A stretch of 63,955 nucleotides of DNA, the filler included, from Octopus bimaculoides (Eukaryota), in the NCBI RefSeq assembly GCF_001194135.2. It is 11 parts of 9 records of this genome, joined end to end, with 100 filler letters (N's around TTAATTAATTAA, not from the genome) between each part and the next. Parts side by side here need not be neighbours in the genome. Positions count along the whole stretch, not along the records: positions 4,398 to 13,342 come from NC_068991.1; positions 13,443 to 20,854 come from NC_068982.1; positions 20,955 to 24,408 come from NC_069003.1; 8 more parts are not named here. One strand, written 5' to 3'. This document shows, piece by piece, positions 12,525-24,400 of this stretch. The notes under the pieces were generated by a model. It searched no databases. It worked only from the letters and a program-made list of their open reading frames with translations, and was not told where the DNA came from. The translations under genes were made by a program, and so were the position numbers. Numbering within the stretch: position 1 is the stretch's first letter; every line of letters begins with the position of its first letter.

Positions 12525-12750
12525 GCATATTCTTTGGCATTGGAAAAGAATGGAAAGATGTAAAGAAGTTTACCGTTTCAGCGTTCCGAGATTTAGGAGT
12601 GGGCAAGAGAAAACTAGAAGAACAGATATATTTGGAAATTCAGGAATTGGGTAAAGCTTTTGCCTCCTATAATGGTAAACCGTTCTCCTTGAAAACACAA
12701 TTGGCACAGTTCACTTTGAGTATTATACATCATATAATATTTGGTGAAAG
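12525..12750 (+). CDS. Cytochrome P450, CYP2 clan, coding exon 2
   Basis: Acceptor ttgtttcag|GC, donor AG|gtgagt; (G)IFFGIGKEWKDVKKFTVSAFRDLGVGKRKLEEQIYLEI..FASYNGKPF..SIIHHIIFGER aligns with the CYP2 helix C-E region; phase matches exon 1. Confidence 0.95.
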
Positions 12751-12962
12751 GTGAGTAATATTAAAGGTCTTGAAACAGAAATTTACTTGCTATAAATAAT
12801 TGTTTCAGTTACATTTCTTATTCACGAAATAGTTCACCCCTAGTATTCCCACCAACACACAGACAGAAATGAAAATTCTATTCAAACAGACAAACAACAA
12901 AAAGAATTTTTGATACCAATAAAAGAATAGTTTGGAAACCGGTTTTTAGCAAGAAACTCAAA

Positions 12963-13080
12963 ACGGGTTCAGTCCCACTGCGTGGCACCTTGAGCAAGTG
13001 TCTTCTACTATAGCCTCAAGCCGACCAAAGCCTTGTGAGTGGATTTGGTAGACAGAAACTGAAAGAAGCCCGTCGTATAT
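12963..13080 (+). mobile_element. tRNA-derived SINE, family 2 (5'-truncated head)
   Basis: gggttcagtcccactgcgtggcacctt..gagtggatttggtagac.gaaactgaaagaagcccgtcg; near-identical to copies at 15716, 24243 and 29346. Confidence 0.9.
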
Positions 13081-13089
13081 ATGTATATA

Positions 13090-13180
13090 CTAGCAGAAAT
13101 ACCCGGCGTTGCCCGGGTTAAAGAGAATAATGAAATCTAAAAACGCCGTCTAGACTACGCATCATCTTTATATATAGAGA
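13090..13180 (-). mobile_element. Non-autonomous mini-Helitron, 91 bp
   Basis: On the minus strand it starts TC and ends CTAG, with a GC hairpin CCCGG-gcaacg-CCGGG (13102-13117) 8 nt before the CTAG; inserted between A and T with no TSD. Confidence 0.8.
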
Positions 13181-13443
13181 TGTATATACACACACGCACC
13201 CAAACACACGTATATATATGTATATCAATATAAATATATGAAAGTCAATGAAGTTTCGTAAAAGAAGGTGATCATGTACATACCTTCTTGCTGTTGTGAT
13301 TATAACACCTCATTGTAAACTATGTTCCTTGTTTTTCCTTGTNNNNNNNNNNNNNNNNNNNNNNNNNNNNNNNNNNNNNNNNNNNNTTAATTAATTAANN
13401 NNNNNNNNNNNNNNNNNNNNNNNNNNNNNNNNNNNNNNNNNNT

Positions 13444-14127
13444 GGTATTCGGTGGATTATGTGTACGTAGATTTAAGCTTTCTGGTCTCCCTTTTCTGCG
13501 CTCCCGCTTATTTTGTTGTAAGTGGTTATCTACTTTGTTTAGCTGGTGGTGTTTGGGATGGGCAAATTTGCAGTTTCGTCCCTTTTCCCCATGCCAGCAG
13601 GTACCATTTAGGTAGAATTTACAGATCTGTTTCTTTTTCTCTGTGTGACGTGTTTGGGCTTGAAGCCTGTTTGTGTTTACCGTCTTCTTGTCTGTTCTCC
13701 TGTCTTTGTCGTTTGTGGTGCAGCGTTGACTGTATTCACCATGGCCATTGCATCCCTCATCAGTGGCTACATCACTGATGGCATCTGCCTTATCTTGGTG
13801 ATCCGTTTGGTCCTCCTGAGCCTGAGCACAGTATGTAGGGTCTTCATTGTCCTTTTTAGAGTCCTCGTCTCTCATAATGCCTTCTAGGAGGTCAAGGTGC
13901 GGTTTCACGAGCTCGTAGGAGCGAATAAGCTCCAGTTTCTTTCGATCAATTTGAGCCATTGACCTGTGGAAATTATACCTATCCAGGCTTTCGGCTATTA
14001 GATCATTTGCCAGGTTCCATGCTTGTACAAGAAGGCGAATTTCATCCAGTTGCCAGTTTCGGCGCATCTTTCTCTTCTTGTTAGCGTCGACCTGGCGCTG
14101 TACAAAGCTTCGTCTGCTGATATCCAT
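13444..14127 (-). CDS. Uninterrupted ORF (228 aa up to the gap) with Myb/SANT-like N-terminus and CCCH zinc finger; possibly a retroelement ORF1
   Basis: WQLDEIRLLVQAW..IAESLDRYNFHRSMAQIDRKKLEL resembles trihelix Myb/SANT; CKFYLNGTCWHGEKGRNCKFAH = C-x7-C-x8-C-x3-H (13558-13623); GC-richer than flanks; in-frame stop just upstream of the ATG. Confidence 0.65.
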
Positions 14128-14147
14128 GGTGCACGGTGTTTGAGAGA

Positions 14148-14291
14148 GAGGTTATCTTAAAGTATAGAGAAATACTACTAGAAAGAAAGAAAAGAGAATA
14201 AAGAGGGAATAAAGAGAATAAAGAGAACAAAGAGGTTATCTTAGAGTATAGAGAAATACTACTAGAAAGAAAGAAAAGAGAATAAAGAGGG
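14148..14291. repeat. 84-bp tandem repeat (1.7 visible copies, running into a gap)
   Basis: gaggttatctta.agtatagagaaatactactagaaagaaagaaaagagaataaagaggg starts at 14148 and again at 14232. Confidence 0.9.
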
Positions 14292-14755
14292 NNNNNNNNN
14301 NNNNNNNNNNNNNNNNNNNNNNNNNNNNNNNNNNNNNNNNNNNNNNNNNNNNNNNNNNNNNNNNNNNNNNNNNNNNNNNNNNNNNNNNNNNNNNNNNNNN
14401 NNNNNNNNNNNNNNNNNNNNNNNNNNNNNNNNNNNNNNNNNNNNNNNNNNNNNNNNNNNNNNNNNNNNNNNNNNNNNNNNNNNNNNNNNNNNNNNNNNNN
14501 NNNNNNNNNNNNNNNNNNNNNNNNNNNNNNNNNNNNNNNNNNNNNNNNNNNNNNNNNNNNNNNNNNNNNNNNNNNNNNNNNNNNNNNNNNNNNNNNNNNN
14601 NNNNNNNNNNNNNNNNNNNNNNNNNNNNNNNNNNNNNNNNNNNNNNNNNNNNNNNNNNNNNNNNNNNNNNNNNNNNNNNNNNNNNNNNNNNNNNNNNNNN
14701 NNNNNNNNNNNNNNNNNNNNNNNNNNNNNNNNNNNNNNNNNNNNNNNNNNNNNNN

Positions 14756-14805
<50 letters not shown>

Positions 14806-15080
14806 AGATAACTCAAGAGAGAGAAACAAACAAGACAAAGTGAGAAGAAAAAACGAAAAGTAATAGAGAGAGAGAGGGTGAGGAACAGAGAAACTAAGAC
14901 AGAAAAAGTGAGGGAGAGAAGATGGGATAAGAATAGAGATTTTTGATTGAGAGTGTAAAAACGAGGTGACTATAAGGGAAATTGAGTGAAAACTCCAATA
15001 CTTCAAACACCCTAAGTTTTCAGTATGTAAATAAACTAAATTATTAAGTGAGAGAAACGATTTTAGCGTAAAGAAATGTT

Positions 15081-15490
15081 ATCGCAAATAAACAAAAACA
15101 AAAACTATCGTGTGGGAGAAATTACAGCATCGTAACAAACAAATGTGAAAATTAATTATTTTGTCGTAAATTTTCTTAAAAGAATAAAGAAAAAATTTTG
15201 GAAGAATAGAGAATAAGACTTAGCTCGAATTTTATCTTTACAAGTACAATCTCTCAGCACGTGGTTTCTTCGAAGATCGTAAATAAATTTTTATCGTAAA
15301 TAAACAAAAACACAAACTATTGTGTGAGAGAAATTACAGTATGTTAAAAAACAAAAACAAAAGTGAAATAAATTATTTCGTCGAAAATTTTTAAGAAGAA
15401 TATAATTTAGAAAGAATACAGAATAAAAACTTAGCTCAAATTTCTATCTTAGGTACAATCTCTCAGCACGTGTTTCCTTCGAAGATCGTA
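15081..15490. repeat. ~212-bp diverged tandem duplication
   Basis: atcg.aaataaacaaaaaca.aaactat at 15081 and 15293; gtacaatctctcagcacgtg..cttcgaagatcgtaa at ~15244 and ~15453. Confidence 0.85.
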
Positions 15491-15715
15491 ATTCGCTTTG
15501 GTTTACTGACATTAATGTGCGTTGTATATATACTATTTTCCTTCTCTTTCAACGTATATAATGCAAAGGACCGTCGTTAAACAACAGGTACTGAGTTTTG
15601 TGTCGGTTTCAGCAAATATTTATCTTCGATATGGAAAGATACCTGTTGGTTTCTTCGTCAGAGAGGAACAAACACGTCTTGACACTACGAAACCGGAAGT
15701 ATATATGTATATATA

Positions 15716-15862
15716 CTACGGGTTTCTTTCAGTTTCCGTCTACGTAATCCACTCACAAGGTTTGATCGGCTCAAGGTTATAGTAGAAGACACTTGCCACA
15801 CAGAGGGACTGAATTCGGAACCATCTGGTTGGGAGGGAAGCTTCTCATTGCGCAGCCACTCC
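15716..15862 (-). mobile_element. SINE family 2 head
   Basis: Reverse-complement match to 12963-13080 and 29346-29510. Confidence 0.85.
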
Positions 15863-15866
15863 TGCA

Positions 15867-15900
<34 letters not shown>

Positions 15901-15965
15901 TGTGTGTGTTCGGATATTAGAGAGAGAGAGGGGGATGGAGAGAGAGAGAAAGAGAGAGAGATGGG

Positions 15966-16054
<89 letters not shown>

Positions 16055-17536
16055 GAAGCTACATTCTACTACGAATCGGATTTTCTCATTTCGCAATTTT
16101 TCGGAGACTAGTACAAAATGGAAATTGTACCAACTCCCTGGTTGGGTGATTTCTAACAGTTTTTATCGGTCACTTCAGTGGCCGATTGCTATCAGTTTTA
16201 ATAGTATCAAAGGAAAAGATACTGCACCAACGATCTCCGTAAAGCTTTTTTACCTGCATCGTAGACGCTATTGATATCATCTTCATCTGTAAACTTAGAT
16301 GCGTAAAAAAATGCTGTTCTACGAAGGAATTTCATAGATTTGCTACAGAGAAGGAATTCATGGAAATTCATTAAAGATGCATATTGAGCAAAGTATTAGG
16401 CTCGGGGCGAATGTGTCTGGCAAATTGTTTGTTCGTAATTGGTTGTTTTTGAAATGTTTATATTTATTTCTGACCCATCACTGGGCAAACAGACCTACGA
16501 TTAATGGTATTCCTTCCATGACACTCTCACTTTTAGAGTTTTTCAACTACATCATCTTATATATATCCCATCCCATCATTGAATTTGTTCAGATAACTAT
16601 TGTTATTTTTGTCACTTTTCTTTTTATATCAAGTCGGCTTTGATTACATTATCAAATGTAATCTTAAATATCCTTTTGAAGTTATTAAGTTCTTGTACAA
16701 ACGAAATTTAGCTGTTATTTCTAGGAGAAAGAACGACAATGCAAAGGAGTCCTAGTTGATCCTTTTGTCGCCGAAATAGTATCCACAGATGTACCAGAGA
16801 AAGGAAATTATTTCAGTTCATTAGAAGTGGTAGTCTTTAATTTAATTTGAAGCATATTTTTATATTTATGTGTTCTGCCCAACATTGTACTACCATGTTT
16901 GCATATGAAGTAGCAACAATGCTGCAGATTAATTATCAGTGGTAATATGAATTGAAATTGAGCTTTGTAGGTGGTTCAGCACGAAAAAGTGTCTTAGAAA
17001 TGTTATACATGCGGTTTCGATAGAAAGAAACAGTTAGACAACCTTGCGAGTACCCAACTAACATATATGAATAGCTAGGACTACACCAAACATAGATAAG
17101 CATCCAATGGAAAATTAAAACTTCATCTAGCATTAGACTGAAAACGGCTAAATGAAACAGAATACAAGAGATGTTACGAGAGATGATTAACTATTGATAG
17201 AGTTGCAAGTTGAAATGAATTTTGAGGGTTTGAGGTCTGTAGGTTGGTCAAGCATAAGTGCGTAGCATAAGAATATTTCTTACTGCTTGACAAGATATAA
17301 TGTTATTTCTATCGTATTTTCAATGTCCCTCTTCATTGAAACACTAGGTGGTTCATCTGTAGCTTTAACTGTGTCTTCGGTTATGTCTTTAACTATAGCT
17401 TCAACTGTGGATCAACTCTGGCTTCAATTATGGCTCTAAGTGTGTCTTCAAGTATCTCGGTTGAGTGTAGACAGCAAATGTTTGCGTAGAGTAGAAAAGT
17501 GGAGAGTAATATTGTCGTTGTTTTGTTCATGATAGT

Positions 17537-17912
17537 GGAGGCGCAATGGCCCAGTGGTTAGGGCAGCGGATTCGCGGTCATAGGATCGTGGTTTCGATTC
17601 CCAGACTGTGTGTGTTTATAGAGCAAACACACCTAAAGCTCCACGAGGCTCCGGCAGGGGATGGTGGCGAACCCTGCTGTACTCTTTCACCACAACTTTC
17701 TCTCACTCTTACTTCCTGTTTCTGTTGTGCTTGTAATTCAAAGGGTCAGCCTTGTCACACTGTGTCACGCTGAATATCCCCGAGAACTATGTTAAGGGTA
17801 CACGTGTCTGTGGAGTGCTCAGCCACTTGCACGTTAATTTCACGAGCAGGCTGTTCCGTTGATCGGATCAACTGGAACCCTCGACGTCGTAAGCGACGGA
17901 GTGCCAACAACA
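17537..17912 (+). mobile_element. tRNA-derived SINE, family 1 (near full length)
   Basis: A-box tggcccagtggttagg, B-box ggtttcgattccc, shared body with 7450-7640, (caa) tail. Confidence 0.88.
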
Positions 17913-18292
17913 ATTTCTTCGTGATGAGTCACTACTATAAGCTATTTTATTCCAACATTGTATATCTAGGACAACATTATTCAATGTTTCCTTTCTTTTT
18001 CGAGGTAGCTCACGATTTCATTACAATTACAGTGTCATCTCTAGGGACTTCGCAAGCATTCACTTATTGGTTTTTTATGGTTAAGCCTATGAAATGTTAA
18101 CAGCAACAAGAATGAAACCTTTGGGGAGCGGGAGTAAGAATAATAGAGTCAAGAGCGAAATATGTGTTACGATAACTCTGCAATAGAGCTGCGTGGCAGG
18201 CAACGTTCGATATTGGCTGAGAGGTTCTCAAGTGTGAAAGAATCAACAAAGTGGTCGATTACTACTACTACTGCTGCTGCTGCTGATTCTGC

Positions 18293-18333
<41 letters not shown>

Positions 18334-19400
18334 CTTCCACGTCGGCCTGTTTTGTTGTGGTAGAATGCTATATTCACTACTCTAAGATCTGCTCATGGTG
18401 TTATTCTTAAGACAATAAGTCCTTATTGTATTTTCTTCTCCGCTTTTTTTTTTGTTTTTTAATGAGAAATTTCAATGATTGATTAATTATGCTGTCCTTC
18501 AATTTAATATGCATAAACTGTTTTCCAAAAATTAGGTTTGTTGAGTAATCCTAAGTAATTTTCGCTAAACAGGAAATACCCCAAACGTTCCAGCCAGCAC
18601 AATCTAGATTATTCTGTTTTTGTCCTTTATACAGTATATAAGGTACTATAATTGTCTATGTATTTATATTCAAACTACTGTATTGAAAGCAGCCAAATAA
18701 TCTTCCAAGCATAGTCTCAATCAATCTTCCGAGATCCCCCTTCCCATTGAGGGCTACATCTTGCAACTACTGCATGGTAAGGACTTATAGCTCTTTATAG
18801 TCAAATCCTGAATAATTTGTACAGAGTAGATGCCAACATAAATAAAATATATTTGGCCAATATTTTATACAGGATATTGGTGAGAGCGTTATCAACATTT
18901 TTCATTCATAAATGCATAACGAAAACACTGCAACCTTAGTTACAGTGACACATCGCAGTCCAATGGTCGAAAATACTAACATAGTAATGATCACATGCAG
19001 ATATGCACGCATACATATAACCTAATGTATGCATGCAGACAGACATATACATATCGATTGATAAATGTGTGTGTCTGAGCATCTGGGTTTGTAAGCGTGT
19101 GTAAATTGATAGACTGATAACGCACAGAAAGGAATAGAAGTATTCCATATGAAAAATATGAACTTATGTAGGAGGAGATTTATGTTCTTAGATCTTAAGA
19201 TTCCATTTTTACTGTTGGCAGACATCATTTATTTACTTTTTACCCTTATTTTAGCGTCCAAATAAAAATTCCTATTCCTGCGCACTGGCACAGTGTTGTT
19301 TATTTTCATATTCACAGTGATGTACATGTATGAATATATGCATGTAGGTAGGTAGGACGGTATCTATGTATGCGCGACATATGGATATATAAATGCATAT

Positions 19401-19435
<35 letters not shown>

Positions 19436-19935
19436 NNNNNNNNNNNNNNNNNNNNNNNNNNNNNNNNNNNNNNNNNNNNNNNNNNNNNNNNNNNNNNNNN
19501 NNNNNNNNNNNNNNNNNNNNNNNNNNNNNNNNNNNNNNNNNNNNNNNNNNNNNNNNNNNNNNNNNNNNNNNNNNNNNNNNNNNNNNNNNNNNNNNNNNNN
19601 NNNNNNNNNNNNNNNNNNNNNNNNNNNNNNNNNNNNNNNNNNNNNNNNNNNNNNNNNNNNNNNNNNNNNNNNNNNNNNNNNNNNNNNNNNNNNNNNNNNN
19701 NNNNNNNNNNNNNNNNNNNNNNNNNNNNNNNNNNNNNNNNNNNNNNNNNNNNNNNNNNNNNNNNNNNNNNNNNNNNNNNNNNNNNNNNNNNNNNNNNNNN
19801 NNNNNNNNNNNNNNNNNNNNNNNNNNNNNNNNNNNNNNNNNNNNNNNNNNNNNNNNNNNNNNNNNNNNNNNNNNNNNNNNNNNNNNNNNNNNNNNNNNNN
19901 NNNNNNNNNNNNNNNNNATATATGTCTATCTATCC

Positions 19936-19985
<50 letters not shown>

Positions 19986-20975
19986 ATATGTATATATATA
20001 TATACAGAGACGGAGGGAGAGGTAGAGAGACAGAAAGAGAAGGAGAGCCGATTTTCTCTAAATTCATTAAAGTAACGAAAAGCCAGTGTTTTGGATGGTA
20101 CGTGTAATGTCAGTGGGTGAGGGACTCTAGTGCAGGGAAAATGTTGTTAGCTGAATCTAAATTGAGCACGAATCATATACTTGTCACCTTTTTCTGACAG
20201 TTGCATTATGGCCAGAATAGATTCTTGACTTTTTTAAATCTTTTTTTCAGAATTTGAAGTATTACTTTGTTCATATGTGACAAGGAATTATATATGCGTG
20301 TATGTATGTGTGTAAATATACAGTCTCAGACATATATGCATATACATATATGACTTTCTTTCTCTCTCTTCTTAAATATATATGTGTATGTATACGCCTA
20401 CAATATTGTGTATATGTATGTAATATATTTATGTATATATGTATTGTATTATGTATGCATACATGACGTCATAAAAGAGTCCATTGAACTACTCGAGACT
20501 TTGGAGACTATTTGGAATAAGAGAAGGATTTTTTATGAAGAAAGACAAGAGACATTGCACTAATGCTTGTCCTGCATCACGAATATTCGTGGTTACCCGA
20601 ACAGCTGGGTAACCGTTCGCTCTTTGCCAGTTTCATTTAGTTTCTTCACACGCCTTGTTTCCTTTCTACTTTCCTGGATTCCTAGCAACACCCTTTACCA
20701 GATTAGCGTGACGCAGTTGTAGTCTAATGAAGATCGACTCGAACTTGTGACAGGCTGTTTTGGATTATGTGTTATAAGTAGCATTTACAACCCATATTGT
20801 TCACACATACAAATAAATGCGGAAAAACGTGTGTGCGTAAATGAGAATTATATANNNNNNNNNNNNNNNNNNNNNNNNNNNNNNNNNNNNNNNNNNNNTT
20901 AATTAATTAANNNNNNNNNNNNNNNNNNNNNNNNNNNNNNNNNNNNNNNNNNNNTACATTTTAAATAAATATATA

Positions 20976-21006
<31 letters not shown>

Positions 21007-21450
21007 ATCGTATGTAACGGATAATGTATATGCTGGAATGCGAGGATGATGATGTTGATTCCACGAAAGAAAGACAGTGGCCGAAGTTGTAGATAACATA
21101 TTTATTTCTCCATTAGATATATTTATAGCCAAACCACGACGGGTAGACGTGTTTAAAAACAGTCGGATAGCATACGAGGTAACGAGAGTTATATTTTCTT
21201 GTAAAAGGGTGAATAGCGTTGGACTTATTCCCTGTCGTTCTAGCAGCCGTAACTAAATAGATCAAATGGTGTTGTCGAAATGAAAGTGAGTGAGTAAGAA
21301 AGGAAGAGAGGGGTGAACAGGTCAACTGTATCGTTGGTGAATTCCATAGCTGTCTCTCTATGATGTTCTGTCGAGACGGTATTTCGAACCGGTCGGCCTG
21401 CTCTCTGTCTGTTGTCCCTCCAAATGTTTGTATTTATAGTAATATACTTT

Positions 21451-21659
21451 TCTACTCTAGGCACAAGGGTCGAAATTTTAGGGGAGGGGGCCAGTCGATT
21501 AGATCGATCCCAGTACGCAACTAGTACTTTATTTATCAACCCCGAAAAGATGAAAGACAAAGTCGACCTCGATGGAATTTGAACTCAGAACGTAAAGACA
21601 GACGAAGTACCACTAAGCATTTTGCCCGGCGTGCTAACGTTTCTGGCAGCTCGCCGCCT
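21451..21659 (-). mobile_element. tRNA-derived SINE, family 3
   Basis: About 85% match by eye to 41783-41991; B-box gagttcaaattcc on the minus strand. Confidence 0.88.
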
Positions 21660-22242
21660 GATTTATAGCAATATACACAACAGTTATGCGGATGTGCACA
21701 CCGTTGAAAACAAAGGGTAGGTGAATGTAGGTCGACCGTTATCGTACGTGACCTTTTAATGATACTCACGGTTCACAGGTCAAGAGAGAAATACCTTAAT
21801 CATGGTTTCCTTATTGACATAACAAAAAGTGNNNNNNNNNNNNNNNNNNNNNAATTGCAGAAAATGTATATACAGTCATTTACAAACAACTGAATACTTG
21901 TCAAAAACAGGTGAAGAGAGTGTAGTGGTTCATGCAGGCTTGACGTGGATTCGATCCTCGATCGCCAAATTTAATTTAACAGTTCAACAGCACTTTTCTC
22001 ACGGTAAAACAATAGTTTTTCTGTGAGTGACAGCAGTTACATTTGCCAGATGCCTTCGCTAAGCAGAATAATGGCTTTGCCACTTGACCTCTCTTACCTC
22101 TTCTAGGCTACTAAAAGCTAGAATAGAGATAATAGACCGCCAACGAAATCTATTGTTCTCAACAATATGTCTATCCTTCTGGTTGGTTTTGGATAGTTAT
22201 AAAAGCAAGAACTCCGTAAGCCAAAGTCAGTTAGCGAGAACC

Positions 22243-22482
22243 TTTAAGAGTATGCCAGACTTGTTCGGGAACATACTGGCCGGTGTATAGGCGAAGTGGC
22301 AGCAGAACGAGAGAATCCCCAAATCTGTGAACCGGGGAGTGGTAACACTGATAAGGACGGACCCAAGCAATGGGGATAACATTAATAATTTCAGGCCCAT
22401 AACTCTGCTAAACACAGAGTTAAAAAATTTGGCCAAGGTGTTAGCCAAGAGAGTGAGGCTTGTCGTGGGCGACCTTGTGGGA
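22243..22482 (+). mobile_element. L1/Tx1-group LINE reverse-transcriptase fragment
   Basis: FKSMPDLFGNILAGV*..IPKSVNRGVVTLIRTDPSNGDNINNFRPITLLNTELKNLAKVLAKRV matches the Tx1/L1 RT (F/Y)RPITLLN..KILAK.LA.R motif. Confidence 0.88.
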
Positions 22483-22779
22483 GATTACGAATCTCAGCCA
22501 GGAAGAGAAATTCAGTTTCTACAACACTCACTTTCTTGTGAGAGAGCTAAAAGTCGAACGATACAGGTGCTTGTGAAGTTATGACTGCATAGGTGTTTCA
22601 GGAAAAATGCAGAAAATGTATATACAGTCATTTACAAACGGATGAATACTCGTCAAAAACAGGCCAAGATAGAAATACATTAATCATGGTTCCCTTATTG
22701 ACAGAACAATAAGTGGAGTGGCAAGAGAGAAGTTTTAGATTGGAAATTCGAATCTCAGCCAGGAAGAGAAATTCAATTA

Positions 22780-22813
<34 letters not shown>

Positions 22814-23776
22814 CCATCATCAGTAGATGTTTTTGGTTTAGCACAAAGAAAAAAATGGGCGCCAAAAGTGTTCTGCATATTCTCTTGAAAAACTACATCT
22901 CTTAAAAAGCTTGAGTCCCTCCAGCGAATACATAAATTCGTGGAACAATTCCAACATTTGGGACACTTGACTTGTCTGTACAAGAAATCCATTGCATGGA
23001 CATTAAAACCCGCAAGATTGTGACCATCAATTAGAAATCTCCACAGAAATAGTGATAGCAACAGGATAAAAGAGATAAAAGGAGGTATGCGTTTGAGATC
23101 AATGCATACAACCTTTGAATGCCACAGTCTCCCTGATAGCACTTGCTAAACAACACTGTAAACACTAGAGAGATAAAGGAAAGACATGCGCAGAATTTGA
23201 TAGATAGATAGGGTGCTCTTGACAGTAGTGATTGAAATTATGTCAGATGAATGAGAGAGATAGACAGAGAGATAATAGAGGGAGTGGAGCGAGACGGAGA
23301 GAAGAAAGGACAACGAATCAACAGCTGGTGACTAACGAATTATATAGAACTCTTAAGTCGATACAGTGATTAGCCAGTAATAGGAAGGGACGAATAACCT
23401 ATTTCGATATTCATTCAGTATGTACTTTTCGTGAGGAAATGACGGAGAGATATTCAGTTTTACCACATTTATATCAACCGCTGTCATCGTTAAAAAATGA
23501 AGAAGATAAATAATCTAGGCACAATGGATTATGTAGCCCTAGATACACAGTGTTTTATAATAAGAGGTGATGGTCACAGCTAAGACGTCTTTTTAAACCT
23601 ATAGGTCTGCTTGTTCAGGATTAAAGGGAGTTTAAATAACATCAACATAAGGAGCAGGTGATTATTATTTTAAATATCTTTTATGTGTTTCAGTCGCTGG
23701 ACTGTGGCCATTTTGTACACTTCCCCTCAAAGTAACATAGAGATTTCAATACAGCAGCCCTTTTGTAAGCTTTGTA

Positions 23777-23809
<33 letters not shown>

Positions 23810-24004
23810 TGGGGAGAGAGAACATTGCAAACAATGAATGTAATAAACATGAAATGTAAAAGTCGTATAAATAAAAGGGCATTATCACATATGTATACGC
23901 CCCCGACTTTGTTGCCCCAATAACATCCAGAAAAATGGATACTTTTTAACAAAATTTTCTACAAATACCGCGTAGATGTAGTGACTTCAGAGTACTCTCT
24001 ATTT

Positions 24005-24400
24005 CTTTTCTACTTGTTTCAGTCATTTGACTGTGGCCATGCTGGAGCACCACTTTTAGTCGAGCAAATCGACCCCAGGACTTATTCTTTGCAAGCCTAG
24101 TACTTATTCTATCGGATTTATTTTTGCCGAACCGCTAAGTTACGGGGATGTAAACACACCAGCATCGGTTGTCAAGCGATTTTGAGGGGACAAGCAGACA
24201 CACAAACACACACACATACATACATACATATATATATACATATATACAACGGGCTTCTTTCAGTTTCCGTCTACCAAATCCACTCACAAGGCTTTGGTCG
24301 GCCCGAGGTTATAGTAGAAGACACTTGCCCAAGGTGCCACGCAGTGGGACTGAACCCAGAACCATGCGGTTCGTAAGCAAACTACTTACCACACAGCCAC
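24005..24400 (-). mobile_element. SINE family 2, full-length copy with internal (AC/AT) microsatellite
   Basis: tRNA-like head gtggctgtgtggtaagtag..gggttcagtccc at the right end; 3' body ends gctccagcatggccacagtcaaatgactgaaacaagta. Confidence 0.9.

Noticed and set aside
16100-16700. Possible DNA-transposase remnant on the minus strand
   Set aside because: Only vague similarity; no diagnostic motif could be read.
17350-17470. Degenerate 12-bp periodic repeat giving 4-aa repeats on the minus strand
   Set aside because: Frameshifted, short and unassignable.
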